NCBI GenBank assembly: GCA_030704615.1
Contig: CM060731.1
Location: 67,952,001 to 68,016,000 of the forward strand
Source of the DNA: Takakia lepidozioides
Taxonomy: Eukaryota; Plantae; Bryophyta
Reading direction: 5' to 3'
DNA length: 64,000 nt
Below, in pieces: positions 38,000 to 48,680 of this stretch (within the stretch, counting starts at the first letter, position 1; each line of letters begins with the position of its first letter). A program made the translations under genes and the position numbers. The notes under the pieces were generated by a model. It did no database searches, was not told the DNA's origin, and saw only the letters and a list, made by a program, of their open reading frames with translations.

Positions 38000-40900
38000 T
38001 CTCTAAGGTGAACGCGGAGACTGATTCAGAAGAGCAGACGGAGACTGAGGCAGCGGCTGTGACACAGTCGGCGATAAGAGTGCGCCAGCCTGTGGATGCA
38101 GAGATGATTCGCAGGGACACTGAAGGAGGTGGAAGCACGCGGAACGCCGAACCGGGAGAAGTCCAGAAACCCTAGAGCAGACAGAAATTCCAGCAGATGT
38201 GAGAGGGAAGAGGAAAGCTGCAGAAGGGGATCCAATTTCAAAACCTAAGAAGGCGCCAGTAAGTTTTAAATTTAACTTACATTTCATTGTTGAAGATATG
38301 CGTAGAGATTGAGTGGAATGTCCCAGACAGGGATTGTCGCTACCGACCATCACAAAGGTGATTTGCTTTCTACTCCTCTGCTAAGAGTTTACCTCACAAT
38401 GAGTGGGTGACTATTGGTACAGTCATTCACTATTGTTCAGATCATACAGTCTGTCTAATTGCCTTTCAAGGAGTCCTTCATCTTCCCTTCTTTAGCAGGA
38501 ACTACTGAATTGCGAGTGTCTTTAACGCCATTCGATTCTCCTCATGAGATTTATGTACCTATGTGTTTGAAGAGAGAGTGAGGGTCGGCATACCGTCAAT
38601 CATCTTGTTCAGATCATACAGTCTGTCTGATTGCCTTTCAAGCAGTCCTTCATCTTCCCATGCTGGCGACGGTAATCACAGTGGAATCAATCTGAATAAT
38701 CTGCACTTACTGTCCGCCCTAAACTATACTGAATGTCGTTGCCGCCAATCACTTACACATAGATGTCATTACACAACACCAATCCGGCAGGTCGTTATCT
38801 TTTGTGATTGTCGTTAACGCCGTTCGCTATCGCTCTCGCTTTTGTTTTGAATACGGCAGTATCAGCTTTGCTTGTGTAGATTGTGCTGAATTGTTTCACA
38901 CCATTCATAGTGAGTTTCTTTGAGACAGAGTGATGGTCGTTACCGCCATTCACTATTTGCAAATTACTCAGTCAAAACTGAATGGCATCGTGCAGAAAAC
39001 TGTGAGGTCGAAGCCTACAGGATCAGAGGGGAAAGGATCTGGAGATGGGGACGAGTCCGGATAAAGCTCAGAGAATACAGATGAAGCAGATGAATCTGAA
39101 GTGCACTACCTTGACAAGGTGAAAGAACTCATGTCATTCCAGAAGGTAAACTCTCAGGAGGTTATAAGGGACATGCTCGTATGTGGAGGGCGTCTGGACA
39201 TCCCTCTGTGCCGGATGATATCAATGCCTGTTGTGCGTCCACCTCTTTCCCATGACATAACAAAATTGGAGAGTGATTTTGTGCATGGATATAGACTTGG
39301 TGCACAAGTTTTTTTATGTGTCACTGACGGATATAAATGGGAAAAGCACATTAGTGTCTCCAGAGATCAGTGATAACTGGGATGAGTGCTGGAAAGATGC
39401 CAATGAGGAGTTCGAGTTGGGCCTCATGATGGGAAAGAACACCCAGCAATTCTGTAACCACATGTTCTACGTCTGGGACGGCAACCACCGATTGTTGGCA
39501 TGGATGGGATACATTCAGAAACACCATGCGAAAGACAAAGACAAGCATGTTGCTGTGGAGGCAATGGTTTTGGATCCTGGAAACGACATCGCTAGGCTTC
39601 TTACAGCTATGCACAACGTGAACAAGTAAGTCATCCAGGAGATTTCATTCCCTCTGTAGTGTCTTATTAATACCCAAAAAACAATGTTAAGGAATGTAAT
39701 GTTTCCAATGTTTTTGCAGATCGACAGAGAAATCGCATGTGACCACAAGCTTGGTTCACACACTATTCCAAATTCAGAGGATTGGTCTGATGAAGCTGGA
39801 TGATTTTCGGACAGTACTACCACCCAATATCATCAAGAAGTGCGAAACATGAAGAACTGCAGGCACTTGGTATTCTTTGACACGAGAGGCGTTTCTGGAG
39901 TACATGTATGCGGTAAGCCCGAGTCTGTACTCGAATACATGTTTGTAGTCCCTTCGGTGCTAATCACTACTTGAATCAATGCAGCAAGAACTGGCAGAGG
40001 CAGCTGAGAAGGGAAAATCCGAATATTACTGCACCACACCAGAGGAACTAAGGACATCAAAGGGTGTGGAAGCTGCAATAAAGAAGGAGTTTGAAATGCG
40101 AAGAACCAAATTGATGTCCGCCTTCGGAAAGCAGCTTAGAATAGTAGATCCTGGACTTGGTTCTGAGTTCCTTCAGCAGATCAAAACACACTATGACAAG
40201 CATGTGCATCCGGAGATGCAGCAGGAGAAATTGCACCGGCTGGCCATATCGATGGTCGACCCACAAACAAAAATAAGGTGGCTAGAGATATGGAACTCAG
40301 ATCAAACAGTAAAGGACTTGAATCAGTTCCCAAAGAGCACCATACAGCCTGGCACAAAGGTGGAAGGAATCAGTGATTTGGTGTTTGATAACTGGCTCCA
40401 CAAGGCTACATTTTGGAGTCAGGTGTGTATTCAAACATGCCGTTTTCTTCTCTTCAAGTATGTGATGAGTATCTTATTTGCAATTCTGACAAATATACAA
40501 TTTGTAGCTCGAAAAGCGCGCCGTCATTGTGCTGGATCAGACTTTGAAGGATCTGAACATTCGATTGTTTCGCCTCCCAAATGTCATTGGAGGCATACAT
40601 AAGGAAGTGGAGAGGTCTCACCTGGAGATACTGTTTTTTCCGGGAGTTCTCCAAAGATGGTAACATTTTACGGTCCAACGACTTTGACAGTCAGGTTGGA
40701 GGAGAGTGGGCCATGATGCGAGTTGTTTACAGGTGCAATGTCATACTTGAAACTCTACTGGTTTTTTTGGGAAAAAATGTGGCTTCGTAAGGATTGCAAT
40801 CATAGATCCAGATTCAATGTCGTTGACGACATTCACTTTTTTGTCTGAGTCATTCTTAAGCGAGTATATGAATTCACCTGGTTCTAAGGGTGTAATTATA

Positions 40901-43700
40901 GTGTCCCTGATTAGAATTGATAATGTCATTGAATGGCGTTGACGACATTCACAACCGGAGTTGTTGAGAGGCCCTCAGAGTTATGTTAATTTTTGTAATG
41001 TCCATAGAGGTTACAGTGAGGGTTCCTCACTTCATTTTGCTGAATGTCAATGCAGACATTCAATTGTTCTGCATTGTTTTTGCCTCTTGCGAGGAATCTG
41101 AAGGCTTGATAAGCTCTTTTATGAGAAATCCAAAGTGAATGTCGTTGACGACATTCACTTCTGTGTCTGTATTATTCACCAGTGACAATTTGAATTTACA
41201 TGGATTGGGAGCTGAGTAATTGGTTCCTTGTTGGTATTTTTGTGAATGGCGTTGACGCCATTCACATACAGTGTTGTTGTGAGGTCCTTAGTGATATGTT
41301 CGTTATGAATGTGCATTGAGTTTTCCGGGAGGGTTCCTTACTCGAGTTTATGATTTCCATCCTGTGATTTTGCTTCATTTGAGGAATAATTAGGCTTGAT
41401 TAGGAGTGTATTCACAAATCCAAAGTGAATGTCGTTGACGACATTCACTTCTATGTCTGTGTCATTCCAAAATGATAGTTTGCATTCACCTGGATTAGGG
41501 TGTATTTACAGTATCATTGAATGGAATGTTTTGAATGGCGTTGACGACATTCACATTTGGAACAGTCGTGTGGTCCTGAAAGGTCCTTGGAGCAGTTCTG
41601 AGAGCCATTTCAATCTATGTTTTTTTCATTCTGTTCTACTTGCATCTTACTCATTGAGCGCTTTTGTGGGTTGGGATTTATCTCCTTTTTTTCAGGTACA
41701 CGAAATATGTGCTCATGGAAGGAAATCACCTGAGCGGAATTCCAGATTATCTTGACATGTGGTCGGACCCTGCAAACGATCCAACCATGTATACTGTAGG
41801 GATATTGAAGGACTGGAGTCCTTCTCACTTCAGAGACTGTGGGTAGTACCTTGACTGCCCACCGGAGCACACGACCTTTCAAGAACAACATATGAAATAC
41901 TTGAACAATAACGCTGAGATGCTGGCGCCTTTGACTGACGAAGAGTACCAACGAAACATAGCAACATTGGCTGCCAAGGAGCCTGATGCTCAGGGAACGC
42001 CGCAGAAGGGAAAGAAGGCGGGCCGCAAACCAAAGACAAGGCTGTTGATGTCATAGCCATCTCACCAGCAAAGCCAAAGGACAAAGAGAAGTCCAAAGAG
42101 AAGGAAAAGGACAAGGGGAAGGAGAAAGAAAAGGAGATGGAGAGTAGGCATGACTTTACTGCTGGAAGATATACCCGCACTGTTCAGTGCGTGTTCGATG
42201 CCAAGCCACACCCTTCCCGTTCTGATTCGGCAGGAGAGATGAAAATTGTTAATGAGGGTTGGCTGTCGATGATGCAGAGTCGAAAGAGAGGATACACTGG
42301 GGTGCCTTCGCCTACCTGGGACAATATAATCTCATTCCTCAATCTGGTGAGAATTCCAGTTTCTTTCCTTTTTCTCTGAAAGTTTCGTTGGCAGTATTTC
42401 AGTCTCGTTCTTTGAAAACATTCTTGCCATCGTTCTTATAAAAACATGTCTGTTGCAGGTGAGCACAGGTCCTACCTTCGTATGCGGTGTGTAGAAAACT
42501 TATGCGGCCGACATTGTCATTCTCGACATTCCGGATGGCCAGGCTGTGCCAGAAGTTCTTCCAAAGGGCAAGACGCCAAGCTGGAACAAATTTGAGGACA
42601 ACTACTAGAGTTGGGTGTTCGGGTTCTGTAATAACTTCCTCTCTGATGCAGGGACACTTCTGCTTTTCAGTCATGTGACAATGATAGTCGTCGGGCATTG
42701 GCATCATACCTCAAGTCTTCAGGGTTTGAAGTTTTGCGCACATGGAATTGTGTGAACAGCCTCTACCTTGTGAAAGGGGGTTTCCCTGGTCAGCTGGTAT
42801 GCCGTCTCCCTTCTGCTTGTGCTTTCATGATGAGTTTCAATGTTCTCTGCAACTCCACTCTAGTAGAATCTATTATGATCGACACCGATCATCACCGATT
42901 CATGATAAAAATGATTTTATTGTGTCTGAGTTCTGAATAGCCGATGTACACACTTCCACTATAGATTGTGTTTACCACACTAACCTGCTATCTTTGGCAG
43001 ACGAGGATGCTCGAGGCGATCTGCCTGCGGAGGATTCGCACCTCAAAGACACCATCCTCCATCCGCAGCTTTGAGATTTCTGACCAGGGTTGTTTCGTCA
43101 ACCCTCCCTATGAGCCCCATGTCGATGACATTTTGTACAACTTCATGCAGTCCAGTCAGACTCTGAAGAGACCAGATGGCACTCCCTGGAGAGGTGCAAA
43201 GAAAAAGTCCCCAGCGTTCATGCAAATACTGCTGGAGTCATGCAGCCACCGCTCTGCACGGGTGGTCGATCTTTGTGTGTCTACAGGTTTCGTTCTTTCC
43301 CTTCTGAATTGGTTTTCTTTCAACAGTTTCATTGCTTAAATCCCCCCCACCAAACTGTTCATGTCCTCCTGTCTGGTGCAGGAACAACTTACCATGCATG
43401 CAAGGCAGGCGGAAGAAGCCTTTTTGGCATGGAGGGTGATTCTGACCTCTACAACACAGTGCTCCTCCCCCTTTTGTCTGGCTCCACTTCAGGCACACAG
43501 ACTGATCGGATTCAAATTCGAAATGATGACGATCCCGAAGATAAGCAGGTCGACAACGACTTTTCATGTGAGTAAGTGCTAAACCCTCTTTGGGAGCCAT
43601 ACTCAATTTCTCAATAACATCAAAGTTACAGTAATAACTTTTTCAGGCTGTCTTTCAGGAAAGGCAGCGGTGGATCTTCAAGAGATACAGTCATTTCTGG
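38000..43700 (+). pseudogene. Multi-exon cargo gene: ParB/Sulfiredoxin-like domain plus C-terminal beta-class N4C/N6A DNA methyltransferase-like domain
   Basis: VVRPPL...FYVWDGNHRLLAW (DGNHR at 39477-91); ADIVILDIPDG (motif IV-like, 42525-36); FLSDAGTLLLF; WRGAKKKSPAFMQILLESCS; spliced VVDLCVSTG|TTYHACKAGGRSLFGMEGD (motif I-II; intron 43287-43381); stops and frameshifts present. Confidence 0.72.
40810..41560. repeat. ~290-320 bp tandem unit x3, each with two palindromes GTGAATG(T/G)CGT-TG-ACG(A/C)CATTCAC
   Basis: Palindromes at ~40816, 40931, 41133, 41241, 41423, 41532, plus a degenerate one at 41041. Confidence 0.9.
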
Positions 43701-46283
43701 CGAGTCTGTTTTCGACAGCCCCCTTTCCAATTTTCTGCTTTCTGTTTATGCCGAAGCAATGGCACTTCACGCGGCCGAATCCCTATCCCCTGACTTTTTA
43801 GTGGCCAGCTGTAGGTGTATCCAGCGTGGATCCGGTGTTCTAAAATACTTAGACTTAGATGCAGAGGAAGCGGGGATACATTGTACTGACTCTGAGTCAG
43901 ACTGAACTATATTCTTTTAATATTCATTTTCATACTATCTGGAAAACGTTGAATCCCCTTCCTCCACCGTAGTTGTTCCTTTAGAACAAATAATAATCAC
44001 ATAATCAACTTTCATTTAAATTGCAATATGTATGAATCCATCTCACAAACCTCCCCGACTCTTCTCATATCCATTGTGCATTCATCTACAGTGTATTCAT
44101 GCGTGTTCCATTCATGAATTTTTTCTTTTGTTCAACATCCATTGTACATTCATCCTCTGTACTCTTTAATCCACCCCACAAACCTTCCACACTCATTTAA
44201 TATACGTTGTGCATTCGTCAAAAGTTTTGGTCATGCATCTTCCTGTCATGAATTTTGTCATTCCTCAACATCCATTATACATTCATCCATTTTACTCTTA
44301 TCCATCCCTCATTCATCCATCTACATTCATTTTTCACACTCATCCATCTGTTTATCATCCAACTGTACATCCATCCTTTATTCAATGCCTTTTATTATGT
44401 CGTCGAGCTTGTTTCCGCGATAAATGGTGCCAATCCGCGGGAATACACTCCACTTCTTTCTGGGCGCGTGGTGACGTGGCCTTCACGTGTGATGACGTGG
44501 AGTGAGCCCCGTGACGTGGCATTTGCGCAAGGTGACGTGGCGTGAGTGCTGTTGCGCTCACGCGCTCACGTGACCAGGCTCACGCCGAGGCATCCTGGGC
44601 ACAACCTACACAACTACAGTGTGGGCATTGTGGAAAGTTTGGGCATGAGGAGGCCCAGTGTTATGGCTTGCATCCTGAACTACGGCCAGGCCAGTTCCAA
44701 GGGAACAATGGTGGCTGAGGACGAGACAATGTAGTCCAAAGAGGTAGAGGAGGCAGAGGTCGAGGTGGAGGTCGTAACCAAAACCAAGGAGCACAGGGTC
44801 AAGGTCAAGGTCATGACCAAGGCATGGTGGATAGACTTGCCCAGCTAGATCAACGTCTTGCTGCCATGACCACTACTCATGTTGCACCAGCTCCAAGGCT
44901 TGAATACACCAAGCTCCACCTCCACAACCTCCTATGCCTAGGGAAGACCAGATTGGTATGGGCTTCATGTTTGGAGCCGCACTTGCAGGGCCATTGCATG
45001 TATTGGACTTTGCTGTTGCGGTCACTCGAGCAGTAACGCGTGCTCCTAAGCCAAGAGGAGCGGATGTGGATTTTGATCCACAAAAGGGGGAAGCGAGTCG
45101 TCAGACAAGGCTTCCACAGTCCTTTACATTGATTGAGACAGTGTCACCTATGCCATCAATGGCACCTGCTCGCCCAAGTATGTCAGAGGTAGAGCCACGA
45201 GTACCATTGGAGAGAGTTGGTGTGGCTCGGGAAATGTCAGAGGGTGGTGCTGCAAAGCAAGGTGCAACCAGTACAGTGGGGGCGGCTACGACGGTTTGTC
45301 AAGCTCCATTGTTTTCTGCAATGACCATTGCAATGCCGGGGATTCGGCCAGCTGCTGTATTCAAACTAGCAGCTAGACTCTATGAGAGTGATGATGCATC
45401 GGCACTATCTGCAGAGATAACATATAAGGTGTAGTCTATGGATGCTTTGGATTCGAGGGTGAAGTCAGCCACAGCTGCGCCATGACAAATGACAGCTGCA
45501 AGGTTGCAGGAGTTGCCAGCTAGGCCAGCCATTGAGCGCAGCATGGTGACTCCTAGAGTAGTCCTGGTGGACAATCATGATGGAGTGTTTCAATTGGGTG
45601 GTCCAACCGGAAAGAGGTATAGGCCATTGCCGGTCTTGTTGGACTCGGGAGCACAGCCTTTGATATTGGGGAAAGCAGCAATTGCAGGCTTGGGCCTTAC
45701 AGAGGCGGACTTGGAGCCTTGTCCTTTCCAAATTCAAACATCTTTGGGCGGTTCAGAGAAAGCGCGAGGGATTACACGCCATGAGCTCTTCATTCGATTG
45801 CAGCCGGATCATCCTACGGACGGCTCAGTCATGAGAGCTAAAGCCATTGTTACGGACGCGATGTCCTATGATGTGCTTGTTGGTGGGGCTGTGTTGCACC
45901 CATGGGATTTACTCTGGACTTTTGGGAGGAAACGACATCCTACAGGCCGGAGTGGCAGTCAGGGGATGGCCGACGTGCACTGCTCCTAGTGCGGTTTATT
46001 GGGGATGTAGTGGTGGATCATAGGAACATGATGCCAACATTGGCTGCATTCTTAGGTGTGGTGACTTAGGGTGGTGAGCTCTTGGAGGGCAATAGCCATA
46101 CAGATGATAGGCCACCACTTGATGAGGACAAGCAATTGGCATACAAGGCTGAGTCGCTTCCTCATGTTCCTGTGCATAGCTCACTGTGGGGTATAGTTGG
46201 GGATTTGCAACGAGTATCAAGCCAGTGTGTGCAGCTTCTTTGGACACAGTGCCTATTACTTGGAAACCACCTGACTCAGGGAT

Positions 46284-46950
46284 TTGTTTGGAGGCATGAA
46301 CACTGGGCTTGCAGGAGTGTTGCAAGCAGGGATTAAAGTACGCAAGTACTTGTATGTGGAGAAGGATGAGATTGCTCGGCGTATTTCTATGTGCCATATC
46401 ACCTTGCTCACACACCGGTATCCTGAGTTGTTGCCTCTCTCAGCAATTCAAGGATACCAAAAGACCTTGCCAGCAGACATTACCATGCTGGGGCGGAGGA
46501 TGATCGGCATGGTCCCATTGACTTGGTGATAGAAGGGTGGCTTTGCCAAGCACATTCGTCCGCATGTCATGGTAATGATTTGCATGATGCACGATCACAT
46601 CTGTTTTGGGAGATGTTGCGAGTGTTTACGTGACTTGCAGGTGAGGCAAGTGCAACCTCCAGCTTACATCCTGGAGAATGTTCTTCTCATGGGGGATTCT
46701 CGGGCCAGGTTATGGCTAGTGTGCATTAGATCCGGTCATGGATTGGACCAGCTGTATTGTTGGATGCAGCTGCAGTGGGTTCACGGGCACATAGGCCTAG
46801 GTTAAGGTGGACCAATCTTACACCACAGCGAGAGCGGGCAATGCGGTTTGCCACGGGCACTACAGCTGTGCCAGCTCTATCAGAGGCATCACGACGCCAA
46901 GTGTTGGGTCAGGCAATGGATCTCAATTGCTTGACATGGGTTATTGGCTT
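46284..46950 (+). pseudogene. DNMT3-like C5-cytosine methyltransferase domain within Gypsy pol
   Basis: Motif I LFGG; II YVEKD; IV HGPIDLVIEGWLCQ; VI YILENV; VIII DAAAVGSRAHRPRLRWTNL; IX ERAM.F; X RRQVLGQAM, in canonical order. Confidence 0.88.
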
Positions 46951-47880
46951 GTGCATGGCTGAGCAATGGAGATTGCAAGCATTGATGGCTACTTCTGCAC
47001 TTCCATTGGATATTACACCCTCTCTGCCCACCGGGACGCTGGAGGCAGTGAGTGGGGGCGAGCACATGATCATGAGATGCAAGCACCCATGACAGGTGTG
47101 GGATGAGATGCGCAAAGAGAGAGTCATTGGATCTCTCAAGCAACAGTATGAGGAGTGGGGAGAGCCATACACTGAGGATCAGTTGGAGGTCAAGGTGGCT
47201 AAGGTTTTTGAAGAGGTTGAGAATGTTTCTTGCTCAGAGGATGTTCTCAAGGTGGCTATGGCGGAGCAAGTGGAGGCTATGCCACAGTCAGGGTGGGCGG
47301 ACAAGGCCCAAAAGGTTGCTATGTAGCAACCAAATGATGCATCTCCTACCTCCAAGCCCGGTGTACCCAAGATTGCAGTCACTGAGGACAATTGGGAACC
47401 AAATATTGGACCTATAGTCACCGGAGGAGAGAGACGGAGGATCCAGCAGTTTCTAAAGGCTTATAGAAATTGCTTTGCCTTCGGTTTGAAGGTTTTGGGG
47501 CGTTTGAAGGGCAAGGAGATTCGTATTGATTTGAAAAGTGATACGCCAATTTTTCGAAGGCCCTACAGGTATAGTGACATGGAGAGGTCTTTGATCCAGT
47601 CACGGACTATGGAGTTGTTCGAAGCTGGATTGGTGGAGTTGTCAGGCGGGGAGTATGCCTCGGCAACGGTGATGCCAGCTAAAAAAGATATCTATGGCAA
47701 TTGGACAAAAAGAAGGATGTGTGGGGTCTATCGTCCTGTGAACCGTCAGACTAAGTCTGATAGATATGCCATGCCAGAGGAAATCTTTGATGCCATTGGG
47801 CATGCGAAGGGTGTTAGTACATTGGACTTACGATCGGGTTATCACCAGTTGCCAATCAAAGAGGCTGACATGCAAAAGAC

Positions 47881-48680
47881 GGGACATTAGCGTACGATTT
47901 GGGTTGTTTCCCTCTCAACTTTGGATCTTAGCACCCAAAGTCTGTCTGTACAAAATCATGGCCAGTATTCGGAGTTTCCTTGGGTTTGATAAGCTTTGGG
48001 CCACCCTAGCCCATTGAGTGCTCCCTCAGGCCAGAAACAACGTATAGACATTACTAGGTGTTCTGCTGATAGACACCAACCCGTTGTTGATTACCCTGTT
48101 GATGATGTTATCAACACCTATAAAGAATCGGTTAGACATCGCCCTGTTGTCTGGCCTCTTAACAAGCCAGGGCCATACCCCTTGTTTCTACGTGCTAAAC
48201 CGAAGTGGAAATTTTTTGACGATGTGTGGTTTATTACTTCTCCAATTGGTCGAAACTAGTTGCTTTCGATTGTCGATAAGTTGACTGTGGCGTTTCCTGA
48301 GTTGAAAGGCAAAGTTCTTTCCAATAAGACAAGCAGGGGTGTTGGAATTACACATATGGAGGAAGCCCTTGTTCCTCGGAAATATGGCATGGAAGTGACT
48401 GGTCACAGAGATCCGATCTCTTATGGAAAGTGAGTGAGGTGACTTTACGAAAACAATGACGGAATTCCAATGTTTATTGGCTGACCCTTATCTGCACGAG
48501 TGTTTTGGTTTTAACTTGTTTTTTCTTTCTGTGAAGATACAATCGCATTGACAATAATTTAAGAGATCGAGCAATGCAACGAATAATTAGTGGAGAATTG
48601 AAGAACGGTCGTCTTTTTCGGTTTGAAGATGCCTACAGTGAGGAAAAAATTGCATATGAGAAGATAAAAGCAAATCTCTT
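47881..48680 (+). mobile_element. Crypton-like tyrosine recombinase remnant (DUF3504-type)
   Basis: LFLR...VWFITSPIGRN*L...KVLSNKTSRGVGIT.M...VP...MEVTGHRDPISYGK|YN, with a GT-AG intron before the putative catalytic Tyr. Confidence 0.65.

Larger units (their letters stand above)
34011..44598. mobile_element. Mutator-like DNA transposon (10.6 kb) inserted between the two gag zinc knuckles
   Basis: Exact 8-bp TSD GCACAACC (34003-10, 44599-606); imperfect TIRs rich in GGCGTGAGC/CACGTGAGCG; internal MULE transposase. Confidence 0.88.
32900..47880 (+). mobile_element. Ty3/Gypsy internal region (gag, two CCHC knuckles, protease, C5-DNA methyltransferase, N-terminal RT), interrupted by a MULE and truncated in RT
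   Basis: gag ELDDFIQEFDS; CWDCGGPHVKKDC and CGHCGKFGHEEAQC; protease VLLDSGA; RT PIFRRPYRYS...RMC..YRPVN..T..DRYAMP...TLDLRSGYHQL. Confidence 0.88.

Noticed and set aside
40810-41560. CRISPR array
   Set aside because: Spacers are long, unequal and themselves tandemly duplicated; no cas genes; eukaryotic intronic context
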